64,000 bases of DNA from Candidatus Omnitrophota bacterium (GCA_016190205.1 JACPQZ010000048.1:13943-77942), one strand, 5' to 3'; counted from the first letter of the stretch, positions 1-13,593 are shown. The notes: generated from the sequence alone by a model not told the origin. Translations and numbers: made by a program.

Positions 1-4
1 AGGC

Positions 5-619
5 ATGCGGCGCCCTCAAATCGTCCCCGCGGGACTACAAAATGCGATCGAGGCCGTGTTTGACGGTCTGTCCGGATTTTTCAAGGGGATCTTGGGTGCC
101 GCCGGGGAGCGCTACACCGCCTTTCCGGTGACTCTTTTCCTATACATATGGGGGATGAACATCATCGGGCTCGTGCCCTTCATGAAGTCCTCCACGTCGG
201 TCGTGACCACCACGGCGGCGCTCGCGATCTGCGTCTTCCTTTATGTGCAGTCGATCGGCTTAAGCCGCCTGGGGCTTTTGGGCTACCTCGATCATATGGC
301 CGGCAACCCGCGCAATATCTTTCAGTTCTTGCTCGCCCCCCTCATGTTTGTGCTGCACGTGATCGGCGAATTGGCCAAACCCTTCAGTTTGGCGGCCCGG
401 CTTTTTGGGAATATTTCGGGCGAAGACATTATGATTGCCGTTTTTGTTGGATTCGGGGCGGCTTCTTTGAGTTTCCTCAAGGCCCCCATCGGGATCCCTT
501 TTCATTTCCCTTTTTTCTTCCTCGCCCTGCTTTTCAGTACCCTGCAGGCGCTCGTCTTTTCGCTTTTGTCAACCGTCTACATCGTACTCATGCTTCCGCA
601 TGAGGAGCATACTGAATGA
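5..619 (+). CDS. atpB: F0F1 ATP synthase subunit a. The N-terminus may lie upstream of the window start.
   Basis: The translation contains the conserved subunit-a motif LAARLFGN, including the essential Arg, and shows polytopic membrane character. It is followed by atpE and atpF. Confidence 0.85.
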   Translation: MRRPQIVPAGLQNAIEAVFDGLSGFFKGILGAAGERYTAFPVTLFLYIWGMNIIGLVPFMKSSTSVVTTTAALAICVFLYVQSIGLSRLGLLGYLDHMAGNPRNIFQFLLAPLMFVLHVIGELAKPFSLAARLFGNISGEDIMIAVFVGFGAASLSFLKAPIGIPFHFPFFFLALLFSTLQALVFSLLSTVYIVLMLPHEEHTE

Positions 620-623
620 CTGC

Positions 624-697
624 GTCATTGCGAGCCCCGGAGGGGCGAAGCAATCTCATGAGATTGCTTCGATCGCCTTCGGCGATCTCGCAATGAC
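624..697 (+). promoter_or_regulatory. Nested RNA hairpin cluster in the atpB-atpE intergenic region, upstream of the atpE RBS.
   Basis: Three perfect inverted repeats: GTCATTGCGAG(624-634)/CTCGCAATGAC(687-697); inner palindrome GAAGCAATCTCA/TGAGATTGCTTC (647-670); and GATCGCC-TTC-GGCGATC (671-687). The RBS AGGAGG follows at about 706. Confidence 0.5.
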
Positions 698-716
698 GGG
701 AAAATAGGAGGATGAG

Positions 717-950
717 ATGACGTATCAAACAGCATTAGCATTTGCACTGCCGATTGCGGTGGGGCTTGCGGCCATCGGTTCGGCCTTCGGACTGGGTAAG
801 GCGGTCACGGCTGCCATGGAGGCCACGGGCCGTCAGCCGGAGGCGGCGCAGAAGATCCTGGTCAACATGGTCGTGGGGTGCGCCCTTATCGAGGCGCTCA
901 CGATCTATGCGCTGGTCGTGGCGCTTCTCATGATGGGCAAGATCGCCTGA
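717..950 (+). CDS. atpE: F0F1 ATP synthase subunit c
   Basis: 77-aa two-helix hairpin proteolipid with the GRQPE loop and a conserved carboxylate in helix 2 (IEAL). Confidence 0.9.
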   Translation: MTYQTALAFALPIAVGLAAIGSAFGLGKAVTAAMEATGRQPEAAQKILVNMVVGCALIEALTIYALVVALLMMGKIA

Positions 951-968
951 TATTGATTCGGGTTTAAT

Positions 969-1457
969 ATGGATCCCTTAGTTCTACGCGAGATCGTCGT
1001 CCACGCCCTGGGGTTTATCCTTTTCTACCTCGTGCTCAAGCGCTATGCCTTTAAGCCGATCGGCCGCATTTTAGAAGAAAGGCGCAGCCGCATTGAAGGG
1101 GATCTGGGGTCCGCCCGGGAGAAACTGGGCGAGGCCGAGGCGCTCAAGACGCGCTATGAGAAGGAACTGGAGGGTATAGAGGCCGAGGCCAGGCGAAAGA
1201 TCCAGGAGGCCTTCAGCGAGGGCAGGCGCCTCGCGGCCGAGGTGCATGAGGAGGCCCGCTCACAGGCCCGCCAGATTATCGAAAAGGCGCGGCAGAACGT
1301 GGAGCTCGAGCTTGAAAAGGCGCGTATCCGCTTAAAGAACGAGGTCGTGACTTTAGCCGCTGACATGGCCGAGCGCGCGCTGCGCACCAAACTCACGGCC
1401 GAGGACCATGAGAGATTTGCCGTGGATTTCATCGAAGACGCCCGTGGAGAGGAGTGA
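969..1457 (+). CDS. atpF: F0F1 ATP synthase subunit b
   Basis: N-terminal TM helix followed by a long charged coiled coil; position between atpE and atpH. Confidence 0.85.
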   Translation: MDPLVLREIVVHALGFILFYLVLKRYAFKPIGRILEERRSRIEGDLGSAREKLGEAEALKTRYEKELEGIEAEARRKIQEAFSEGRRLAAEVHEEARSQARQIIEKARQNVELELEKARIRLKNEVVTLAADMAERALRTKLTAEDHERFAVDFIEDARGEE

Positions 1458-1467
1458 TATGAGGATC

Positions 1468-1490
1468 GGGAAGCGGGAAGCGGGAAGCGG
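1468..1490 (+). repeat. Heptamer tandem repeat (GGGAAGC)x3 in the atpF-atpH spacer.
   Basis: gggaagcgggaagcgggaagcgc, seen directly. Confidence 0.8.
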
Positions 1491-1514
1491 GAAGCGCAAG
1501 GCGGGAGGGCGCGG

Positions 1515-2060
1515 GTGAAAGACCTGCCGGTTATACGCCGTTATTCGGAGGCCCTGTACCAGCTCGCGCGGGATAGGAATGCGCTGGAGCGTCTGGGCGG
1601 GGATCTGGAGGAGCTTGCGGCGCTCTTCGCACAGGAAGAGGCCCTTTTTAAGTTTTTAACGAACCCCACCCTGGGCCGCGAGGAGCGAAGGCAGTGGTTC
1701 CGCAAAAATCTGGGGCCTCACTTGGCGCCGGTGACCCGGCGTTTTGTCGAGATCCTCGTTCTGAAAGGGCGCATGGATGCTTTTAGCGAGATCCACGAAG
1801 CCTTTTTAAAGCGCGTGCGGCTGGCCAAGGGCGAGATCGATGTGCGGGTCAAAAGCGCGGTCCCTCTGGCGAAGGGGCTTGTCAAAAAGCTCACGCAGGC
1901 GCTCGAGGAGCGCTTGAGGGGCACTGTGACGCTTGCCCTTGAGGTCGACCGGAGGCTCCTCGCGGGACTCGTGGTGGAATATGAAAATAAGGTGATTGAC
2001 GGTAGCGCGCGCAGTCGTCTTGAGGAGATGCGCAACCAATTGTTGACCGTGGAGGCCTGA
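1515..2060 (+). CDS. atpH: F0F1 ATP synthase subunit delta (OSCP)
   Basis: About 180 aa. GTG start. Position between atpF and atpA, with an OSCP-like sequence. Confidence 0.8.
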   Translation: MKDLPVIRRYSEALYQLARDRNALERLGGDLEELAALFAQEEALFKFLTNPTLGREERRQWFRKNLGPHLAPVTRRFVEILVLKGRMDAFSEIHEAFLKRVRLAKGEIDVRVKSAVPLAKGLVKKLTQALEERLRGTVTLALEVDRRLLAGLVVEYENKVIDGSARSRLEEMRNQLLTVEA

Positions 2061-3610
2061 TGCTTAAGCCTGACGAAGTGACGCAGACGATACGCAAGGA
2101 GCTCGAGGCCTACGACACGCGGCTGGAAACCGAATCGGTGGGATATGTCCTCCAGGCGGGCGACGGAATCGCCCGGGTCTGGGGGCTGGATGACTGCATG
2201 GCGGGGGAGCTCGTGGAGTTTTCCGACGGCACGGTCGGCATGGCGTTTAATCTGGAGGAGACGAATGTGGGCGTGGTGGTCCTGGGTTCGGACCAGGCCA
2301 TTCATGAGGGCGACCGCGTCAAGCGCACGGGGCGCGTGGCCGAGGTCCCCACGGGCGAGGCCCTGCTGGGCCGGGTGGTGGATCCCTTGGGAAGGCCCAT
2401 GGACGGAAAGGGTCCCATCCCCGCCAAGGCGAGGCGTCCCATCGAGGCTTATCCTCCCAATGTCATCCAGCGCCAGCCGGTCAAGGAGCCCTTGCAGACG
2501 GGTATCAAGGCCATTGACTCCATGATCCCCATAGGCCGCGGCCAGCGCGAGCTCATCATCGGCGACCGGCAGACGGGAAAGACGGCCATCGCCGTAGATA
2601 CGATCATCAATCAAAAAAATTTCGACGTGCACTGTGTCTATGTCGCGGTCGGACAGAAGCTCTCGAGCATCGTGGCTGTTCAGCGCACGCTTGAAAAGTA
2701 CGGCGCCATGGAGCACACTACGATCGTAGCCGCCTCGTCGGAGTCTCCGGCCCCGCTTCAATATCTCGCCCCCTATGCAGGCTGCGCGATGGCGGAGCAC
2801 TTCCTTTATAATGGAAAGCACGCCCTGGTGGTCTACGACGACCTCTCCAAGCACGCCCAAAGCTACCGCCAGCTCTCGCTCCTTCTGCGCCGCCCGCCGG
2901 GCCGCGAGGCCTACCCGGGCGATGTCTTTTACCTTCACTCCCGGCTCCTCGAGCGCGCCGCGAAACTGCGCGAAGATTTGAAAGGGGGATCGCTCACCGC
3001 CTTACCCATCATTGAGACCCAGGCGGGCGATATTTCAAGTTACATCCCGACAAACGTGATCAGTATCACCGATGGGCAGATCTATCTGGAGACCGACCTT
3101 TTCTACGCGGGCGTCCGCCCGGCCATCAATGTAGGACTCTCCGTCTCACGGGTGGGCGGGAACGCCCAGACCAAGGTTATGAAGCAGGTGGCAGGGAAGC
3201 TCCGTCTCGACCTCGCGCAGTACCGCGAGATGGCGGCCTTCGCACAGTTTTCGGCGTCACTCGATGACGCCACCAAGGCACAGCTCGTGCGGGGCGAGCA
3301 CATGGTCGAGATCTTGAAGCAGGGCCAATATCAGCCGATCCCCCTGGCCCAGCAGGTGCTCGTGATCGCTGTGGGGACTGCGGGTCTTTTGGATGACCTT
3401 GCGGCCGAGTCGGTGAAAACTTTTGAAGAGGGGTTCGTTCAGTTTGTCGATCAAAAATACCCCGACATCATGCATGAAATCGACAAGAAAAAGGCGATGT
3501 CGGACGAGCTTAGGGATAAGATCCTGAAAGCGGGCGGGGAGTTTAAGAATTCAAACGCAGTACGCAGTACGCTGTACGCAGTACGTGGAAAGCTACCTGG
3601 TGATTTATGA
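2060..3610 (+). CDS. atpA: F0F1 ATP synthase subunit alpha
   Basis: Walker A GDRQTGKT and a conserved alpha-subunit sequence. The C-terminal 18 aa are encoded by a GCAGTAC heptamer repeat. The stop overlaps the atpG ATG (ATGA). Confidence 0.95.
   Translation: MLKPDEVTQTIRKELEAYDTRLETESVGYVLQAGDGIARVWGLDDCMAGELVEFSDGTVGMAFNLEETNVGVVVLGSDQAIHEGDRVKRTGRVAEVPTGEALLGRVVDPLGRPMDGKGPIPAKARRPIEAYPPNVIQRQPVKEPLQTGIKAIDSMIPIGRGQRELIIGDRQTGKTAIAVDTIINQKNFDVHCVYVAVGQKLSSIVAVQRTLEKYGAMEHTTIVAASSESPAPLQYLAPYAGCAMAEHFLYNGKHALVVYDDLSKHAQSYRQLSLLLRRPPGREAYPGDVFYLHSRLLERAAKLREDLKGGSLTALPIIETQAGDISSYIPTNVISITDGQIYLETDLFYAGVRPAINVGLSVSRVGGNAQTKVMKQVAGKLRLDLAQYREMAAFAQFSASLDDATKAQLVRGEHMVEILKQGQYQPIPLAQQVLVIAVGTAGLLDDLAAESVKTFEEGFVQFVDQKYPDIMHEIDKKKAMSDELRDKILKAGGEFKNSNAVRSTLYAVRGKLPGDL
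3557..3585 (+). repeat. Heptamer tandem repeat (GCAGTAC)x4 embedded in the atpA 3' coding end.
   Basis: gcagtacgcagtacgctgtacgcagtacg, seen directly. Confidence 0.8.
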
Positions 3611-4464
3611 ATCTGCGTGACGTCCGAAGGCGCTTGAAAAGCGTCGAAAATACCCGCAAGATCACACGCGCCATGGAGATGGTGGCAGGGGCCAAGCTCA
3701 AGCAGCTTGAGTCCGCCTTAAGCCGCGCGCGCCCGTATATTGAGGGTCTCCAAAGCCTCTTGTCGCGGCTTTTGGCGGAATACCCGGGGCAGCACCATTC
3801 CTTGTTTGAGAAGCGAGAGGGGACCGGCCATACCGGACTTATCCTTATTACGTCCGATACGGGGCTGTGCGGTTCTTATAACTCGGATCTCGTCGCCGAG
3901 GCCGAGCGCTGGTTTGAAACAAAACCGGCGGATAAGGCGGAGCTTTTAACAGTGGGGCTTTTCGGACACAACTACTGCCTGGCGCGGGGCCTTAAGCCCC
4001 ACGCCTCATTTACGGATTTTAAATCTCGCGCGGATCAGGGGGCGGTGCAAAGACTCCTTGAATCGGTCGTGGGGCTTTTCACGGGCGGGGGCGCGGTGAG
4101 TATCGAAGTCATATCCTGTTATTTCCGTTCCGCGGCCTCCTGGGGCCCCCGGAGGATGCGTCTTCTCCCGCTCGAGGTGGGACGGGATGCCAAACCCAAC
4201 CCTTACCCCACGCTCCTTGAGCCCGGCGCGAAGGAGGTCTTCGAGGCCCTGGTGCCGCGTGTCCTGGAGGGGGTATTAAGACAAGCCCTGCTCGAGGCCT
4301 TTAGCGCGGAGCAGTCGGCCCGCATGATGGCGATGCGCAATGCCACCGACAATGCCGACGACATGGTCAAAGAGCTCACCTTGACGCGCAACAAGGTCCG
4401 CCAGGCGCAGATTACGAAAGAAATTATCGAAGTCGTTTCAGGAGCGGAGGGGCTGAAGAGTTGA
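3607..4464 (+). CDS. atpG: F0F1 ATP synthase subunit gamma
   Basis: 285 aa. N-terminal [25 protein letters not shown] and C-terminal coiled-coil signature. Confidence 0.9.
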   Translation: MNLRDVRRRLKSVENTRKITRAMEMVAGAKLKQLESALSRARPYIEGLQSLLSRLLAEYPGQHHSLFEKREGTGHTGLILITSDTGLCGSYNSDLVAEAERWFETKPADKAELLTVGLFGHNYCLARGLKPHASFTDFKSRADQGAVQRLLESVVGLFTGGGAVSIEVISCYFRSAASWGPRRMRLLPLEVGRDAKPNPYPTLLEPGAKEVFEALVPRVLEGVLRQALLEAFSAEQSARMMAMRNATDNADDMVKELTLTRNKVRQAQITKEIIEVVSGAEGLKS

Positions 4465-6474
<2,010 letters not shown>

Positions 6475-6488
6475 GGGGGAACAGCCCA

Positions 6489-6755
6489 ATGGCCTCGTAC
6501 GTTTTAAAAATCCTAAACCGGGACCGCGCTTATTATGAGGGCGAGGTCGCGTCTACGGTCTTGCCGGGGGGTAAAGGCTCCTTCGGAGTGCTGGCCCGCC
6601 ATGCCCCGCTCGTCTCCACCCTGGAGGCGGGTCTCTGCAAGGCCAGAGATTCGGCCGGGACGCTTCACACCTGGCGCATCGGGCCGGGTCTCGTGGAAAC
6701 CGCCTTAAACCGCACGACACTTTTTCTGGATGACCCCCCACAGCTTGCCGAATAG
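6489..6755 (+). CDS. atpC: F0F1 ATP synthase subunit epsilon. It is short (88 aa), with only the N-terminal beta-sandwich domain.
   Basis: Its position after atpD; the N-terminal domain matches epsilon; the C-terminal helical hairpin is absent. Confidence 0.75.
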   Translation: MASYVLKILNRDRAYYEGEVASTVLPGGKGSFGVLARHAPLVSTLEAGLCKARDSAGTLHTWRIGPGLVETALNRTTLFLDDPPQLAE

Positions 6756-7442
6756 CGCGGCCGCGGGGAGGTTGTTTATCGTCAGCACCCCCATCGGAAA
6801 TCTGGACGACATCACCCTGCGGGCACTCAAGGTTTTAAAGTCGGTGGATTTGATCGCCTGCGAGGATACCCGCGAGACGCGAAAACTCACCGCCCATTTT
6901 GGAATAGATCGTCCGCTTACCAGTTTTTTTGTCGGCAATGAAAAGGGGAAGGCTCCCCGGCTCGTAGAGAGGCTTAAAGAGGGCCAGTCCATTGCCCTCG
7001 TCACGGAGAGCGGCACCCCGGGGTTAAGCGACCCCGGCTACTCCATTGTCCACGGCGCGCTCGAGGCGGGCATCACGGTGGAGGCGGTCCCCGGGCCTTC
7101 GGCGCTCCTCGCCGCCCTTGTTTCGTCCGGCGCTCCGATGGAGGAATTTATCTTCTTCGGGTTCCTTCCTCCCAAAGGGAAAAAGCGGGAGGATCGTATG
7201 CAAGAGGCGCTGGGCTGTGGCCGGACTGCCGTTCTTTACGAGTCATGTCATCGCTTTTTGAGGCTCCTCAAGGAGCTTTTGGAGTTGGGCGGCAATCGGT
7301 TTATAATGGTGTGCCGTGAGCTCACCAAACATTTTGAAGAGGTGCGGCGCGCACCCGTCGAAGATCATATCCGCCATTTTGAGGAGCACGAGCCCCGGGG
7401 TGAATTCGTGATCGTGATACCCAAGCCCGGAAAGGATACCGC

Positions 7443-7446
<4 letters not shown>
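6730..7446 (+). CDS. rsmI: 16S rRNA (cytidine1402-2'-O)-methyltransferase RsmI. The true start is possibly an internal TTG/GTG.
   Basis: Tetrapyrrole-methylase motifs STPIGNLDDITLRAL and ACEDTR. Confidence 0.85.
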
Positions 7447-9681
<2,235 letters not shown>

Positions 9682-9710
9682 ACGAATTTCGGGAGGTTTA
9701 AGAGAGGAGA

Positions 9711-10607
9711 TTGCCCATGGATACGTATATAGTTCAAATGATTGTGCTCGCTGCGTTGGTCATATTATTTATGGGCATCCGAATTGTGCGGCCGACCCAT
9801 CGGGGCCTCGTAGAGCGCCTGGGGAGGTACCACCATTTTGCCGAGCCCGGATTTCATTGGATCATCCCTGTGATAGACCGGATGTTTACGGAGAATATCA
9901 CGGAGCAGATGGTCGATGCCATGCCCCAGGAGATCATTACCTTTGACAACCTCAACGCGAGTGTGGATGCCCAAGTGTATTTCAAGGTGAAGCCGGACGA
10001 AGAAAGTGTAAAGAACTCACTCTACAACGTGAACAGCGTCCAGTACCAGATCGTGAACCTTGCCCGTACCACATTAAGAAATATTATTGGAACGCTGACT
10101 TTAAAATCGGCCAATAGCGAGCGCGGCAAAATCAACGACGAGCTCCATAAGATCCTGATCAAAGAAACGGCCAAGTGGGGCATCGAGATTGTCCGGACAG
10201 AGCTTAAGCAAATAGATCCCCCGAAAGATGTTCAGGAGACCATGAACAAGGTCGTGAAGGCCGAGAATGAAAAAATCTCGGCCATTGATTATGCGACCGC
10301 GGCGGAGACGGTAGCAGATGGGAAAAAACGGGCGGAGATCAAGCAGGCGGAGGGGATCAAGCAGGCGCGGATACTGCAGGCGGAAGGGGAGGCCGAGGCC
10401 ATCCGCCTCGTGAACGAGGCCGCAAATAAATATTTTATCGGCAATGCCCAAATCTTGAGAAAGCTCCAGGCAGTTGAAAACGCCCTGGAGGATAACACGA
10501 AGATCGTCGTCCCCTCCAACACAGAGCTCGTAAACGTCATCGGTGAAATGGCGGGCGTTCTCCCGCTCAAAGATGGGAGGAAACACGAGGGGGCCGCCGC
10601 ATCGTAG
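9711..10607 (+). CDS. SPFH/band-7 (stomatin/prohibitin-like) membrane protein
   Basis: N-terminal TM helix, an SPFH core and a C-terminal A/E-rich coiled coil. Confidence 0.8.
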   Translation: MPMDTYIVQMIVLAALVILFMGIRIVRPTHRGLVERLGRYHHFAEPGFHWIIPVIDRMFTENITEQMVDAMPQEIITFDNLNASVDAQVYFKVKPDEESVKNSLYNVNSVQYQIVNLARTTLRNIIGTLTLKSANSERGKINDELHKILIKETAKWGIEIVRTELKQIDPPKDVQETMNKVVKAENEKISAIDYATAAETVADGKKRAEIKQAEGIKQARILQAEGEAEAIRLVNEAANKYFIGNAQILRKLQAVENALEDNTKIVVPSNTELVNVIGEMAGVLPLKDGRKHEGAAAS

Positions 10608-10657
10608 GTTCCGGTGACGCAAACGTGAAGGAGGTTTTGTCACCAGCAAAGGGCGAG

Positions 10658-10693
10658 CATGGCACACGTGTACCACATGGCACACGTGTACCA
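10658..10693 (+). repeat. Two perfect tandem 18-bp repeats, CATGGCACACGTGTACCA, each a near-palindrome around CACGTG.
   Basis: Seen directly, downstream of the SPFH gene. Confidence 0.7.
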
Positions 10694-10782
10694 GGTACCG
10701 TCAATATAGATGAACAAAGGGACAATGGTTTCTTTAATCATTTTGTTGGCCGGATGTGCGGCGTTCAGGCGTAGGATGTAGT

Positions 10783-10815
10783 GCTTGACAGTACCACTTA
10801 AAAGTGGTAATATCT
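10783..10815 (+). promoter_or_regulatory. hicAB promoter with an overlapping palindromic operator
   Basis: TTGACA - 17 nt - TAATAT. The inverted repeat TACCACTT-AAA-AGTGGTA lies between the -35 and -10 elements. Confidence 0.55.
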
Positions 10816-10819
10816 AGGC

Positions 10820-11002
10820 GTGCCGAAAAGCGGTTTTGAGGTACTTAAGCTTTATCGTCAGGCGGGCTGGGTGGTGGTCAGACAACGAGGCTCCCATGTT
10901 AGGGTTAAGAAGGGCCCGCACTTTGAAACAATACCGATGCACCGGGAACTCAAGAAGGGTCTTGAAAGGGCTCTCCTGAAAAGACTAGAGGAAACCACGT
11001 GA
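10820..11002 (+). CDS. hicA: Type II toxin HicA (mRNA interferase)
   Basis: 60 aa. YcfA/HicA-like motif RQRGSHVRVKK. Overlaps hicB. Confidence 0.75.
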   Translation: MPKSGFEVLKLYRQAGWVVVRQRGSHVRVKKGPHFETIPMHRELKKGLERALLKRLEETT

Positions 11003-11427
11003 TATATTATTTCAAGGTCCGCAAGGCCGAGAAGGGCTATTGGGGAAATTTTCCTGATCTGGAAGGATCTACGACGCAAGGGGAAACCCTTGAGGAGATC
11101 TTGTCAAACGCCAGGGAAGTGCTGGACCTTGTTTTGGAAACCGACTTTGATTATAAATGCGAAATCCCTCTTCCCAAAAAGTACCACGGCAAAAGCTACC
11201 ACCCCGTCGCGTGCGATCCTACGATAGGTTTTCCCGTGCTCCTTAGAAAAACGCGTCTTGCAAGAAAATGGACACAGAAAGATATGGCCAAAAAACTCGG
11301 GGTGTCTCTATCCGCCTATCAAAGGCTCGAGACCCCCGGGAAGGCAAATCCTACAATAAAAACGTTAGATCGTTTAAACGAGCTCATGCACTTGCCGTTA
11401 TCCTTCCTCTTCGACCAAGCTGCGTAA
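10999..11427 (+). CDS. hicB: Antitoxin HicB with a C-terminal XRE-type HTH
   Basis: HicB/UPF0150 N-terminal domain plus HTH (RLARKWTQKDMAKKLGVSLSAYQRLE). Confidence 0.75.
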   Translation: MIYYFKVRKAEKGYWGNFPDLEGSTTQGETLEEILSNAREVLDLVLETDFDYKCEIPLPKKYHGKSYHPVACDPTIGFPVLLRKTRLARKWTQKDMAKKLGVSLSAYQRLETPGKANPTIKTLDRLNELMHLPLSFLFDQAA

Positions 11428-11460
11428 GTAAGAAGATCATACTCGTTGTTTTTCAGTTTT
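11398..11460 (+). repeat. Left copy of an about 58-bp imperfect direct repeat (the 3' end of hicB) bounding the AT-rich islet.
   Basis: TATCCTTCCTCTTCGACCAAGCTGCGTAAGTAAG...ATACTCGTTG matches 14051-14118. Confidence 0.7.
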
Positions 11461-11521
11461 GTGTTACTTCACATATAGGAGGCATTGGTTATGAGAAATC
11501 TCATGGACAAGGGAGGTTGCA

Positions 11522-11747
11522 TATGATGGTACGCTGGCTTATTGTTGGGGGTCTTGTAGTCATGATTGGGCTGGCCGGGACCGCGGAGGCCAAGACCGTG
11601 CGCGTCAAAGGCGGTATGACCAAGAGCGGCACCTATCGGATGCCCTCAAACCGCACCAGTCCTAACCGTTCGAAACTTGACAATTGGAGCACGAAGGGGA
11701 ACGTCAACCCGATGACGGGTAAAAAGGGAACTCGTAACCCCTGGTAG
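11522..11747 (+). CDS. Small Lys/Thr-rich secreted protein (hypothetical)
   Basis: GGAGG RBS, a signal-peptide-like N-terminus, 75 aa, inside the AT-rich islet. Confidence 0.45.
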
Positions 11748-11865
11748 CCCTGGCTATCGAGCAGCACGGGTTGCACTACATCTGTGGTTGCTACCTGCTC
11801 CAGTGGCGTCGGCTTCGCGAAGAGAATCGGACACGGCTGTGTAAAACTTCTATGAACACAAAGTT

Positions 11866-12414
11866 ATGCTAAATCCAGAGAGAGACCCAATTGTAAATGT
11901 AGTACATGATGGAATAAAAGAGGGTATACGCGTTACTCTAGACAATAAATGTTATCCCTCCACAATTAAATTAGTTCTTTCTGCTATCGATACAATGGCT
12001 TATTTAAAAATGCCAAAGGACAAGGTAGATGTTGAAGCACGCGATTTTGTGGAATGGGTGGACAAATACATCCAGTTTCCTTGTAAAGAGCGTCTAACGG
12101 GTTTGGATTTATATGGGGCTAGATGTGGGATGTTACATAGCCACAAAGCTATTTCGAAAGCGAGCAGGAAAGGCAAATGTCGTATAATTGGATACATGGA
12201 CCACTCAGTTTCTGAGATTAGATGCAACAGAAACGTTGATGCCAACTTTGTTCTTGTCTCCGTAAAAGCACTTGTTGAGGCATTTTTCACAGGGATAGAC
12301 CGGTCTTTAGTTGATATCTATTCCAACAAAAAGAAAGGTGATATTGCAAACGAGCGGTTTAAGGAGATGGTTCACTCATTACCATACAAAACAAGTAAGT
12401 TTACTACCTGCTGA
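11866..12414 (+). CDS. Hypothetical protein (182 aa), low-GC islet cargo
   Basis: Intact ORF in an approximately 38% GC region. No recognizable motif. Confidence 0.5.
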   Translation: MLNPERDPIVNVVHDGIKEGIRVTLDNKCYPSTIKLVLSAIDTMAYLKMPKDKVDVEARDFVEWVDKYIQFPCKERLTGLDLYGARCGMLHSHKAISKASRKGKCRIIGYMDHSVSEIRCNRNVDANFVLVSVKALVEAFFTGIDRSLVDIYSNKKKGDIANERFKEMVHSLPYKTSKFTTC

Positions 12415-12572
12415 AGTTTTTAATGAACTGCTGCACCAACAACGTATATATACCCTGTTCAAAAAGTGCCAGCTTCGCCAAGTAGACCTGGCGTGCACCT
12501 GCCTGATAGCATAAAGAATAAACTATGTATAATAGTATGTACAATAATACGTAAAAGTGGTATACTTTTAAC

Positions 12573-12860
12573 GTGGAGAGACGAGTTGGGAGCTTCGTGT
12601 GGAATGTTCGTAAGGAAGAGGCAAACATTCTCAAACATGGGGTGGATTTTGTCACGGCGTCCCGGGTTTTTCAGGATCCTCGCGCGGTGGTGGCCAAAGA
12701 TGCCAAGCATAGTGTCAAGGAAGAGCGGTACTTTTGTATTGGGGAGGTGGGCGGCAGGATTATAACGGTGCGGTTTACCTATCGCGCTCGGTGCATTCGC
12801 ATTTATGGGGCTGGTTTCTGGCGGAAGGGGGAAAGGTTATATGAGAACGAAAACCGTTGA
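12573..12860 (+). CDS. brnT: Type II toxin BrnT (DUF497 RNase)
   Basis: BrnT-like N-terminus (W-x-x-x-K-x-x-x-N-x-x-KHGV-F). Confidence 0.7.
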   Translation: MERRVGSFVWNVRKEEANILKHGVDFVTASRVFQDPRAVVAKDAKHSVKEERYFCIGEVGGRIITVRFTYRARCIRIYGAGFWRKGERLYENENR

Positions 12861-13080
12861 TCCCAATATGCCCGTAGGAAAGTTAACCAAAATCAAGAAT
12901 TTTCTGCCTCCGCCCGACAAGTTGATCTTCCCGGACGAGCCGGTTAAAGTGACCATGTCTTTAAGCCGGTCCAGCGTCGAGTTTTTCAAATCGCAGGCCA
13001 AACGGAACCGCACCAAATACCAAAAAATGATCCGGGCCCTCTTGGATCTTTATGTACAGCAGCACCTAGCGAGAAGATAG
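12841..13080 (+). CDS. brnA: Antitoxin BrnA (RHH)
   Basis: Overlaps brnT. C-terminal RHH-like region VKVTMSLSRSSVEFFKSQ. Confidence 0.65.
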   Translation: MRTKTVDPNMPVGKLTKIKNFLPPPDKLIFPDEPVKVTMSLSRSSVEFFKSQAKRNRTKYQKMIRALLDLYVQQHLARR

Positions 13081-13192
13081 CGTACTTACCTCTCTATACA
13101 CTCTGCTCTCATAGCGTTATCTTCTGAAAGCGGTTGTGACACGCTTACACGCCAAACTGTAGCCCAATATTTTCACACCGGAGGCCATTGTA

Positions 13193-13593
13193 ATGAAGAA
13201 TGTTATATTTCTAGCTCTAGTATTGTTTTCTCTCAACTTATCCTTGCGGCCTGCCGAATCGGCTGAAGTCGTCACCTTGTGGCGTGGACCTATGATAACC
13301 AGTTCAACAAGATTTATGTCGATGGCGCCCTCGTATTAAACGAGCCCTACACGATACCGTGGACAGGTAACAACCTGGATTTTCAGATCGGCCAGCATCA
13401 ACAGCTCCCTTCCAGCGCCAATTTACGCGGTTTACTGGACGAGGTGCGCGTCTATAGCGGCGCCCAGACGCAGGAAGAGGTTATAGCCGACATGAACCGG
13501 TCTATTTCAGACCAGCTCGTCCCGGAGCCTGCCACCGCGCTTCTTTTCGGAATGGGTCTCGCCGGCTGGGCGGCATTGCGTCGAAGGAAGTAG
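13193..13593 (+). pseudogene. Frameshifted remnant of a PEP-CTERM-anchored secreted protein.
   Basis: The signal peptide (MKNVIFLALVLFSLNLSL) is in one frame and stops at about 13338. The LamG-like fragment ends in a PEP-CTERM signal (VPEPATALLFGMGLAGWAALRRRK) in another frame (13279..13593). Confidence 0.5.

Noticed and set aside
1718-2938. Long minus-strand ORFs antisense to atp, suf and the giant gene (for example 1718-2938, 25179-26414, 33775-34635 and 34936-36108).
   Set aside because: Their composition is Arg/Ala/Gly/Pro-rich, as expected for random antisense frames in 60% GC DNA. They lie fully inside well-supported + strand genes and have no RBS or motif.
11268-11747. 159-aa ORF-track entry overlapping hicB.
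   Set aside because: Its 5' part overlaps hicB in another frame. Only the 3' part (11522-11747), with its own RBS and signal peptide, is plausible.
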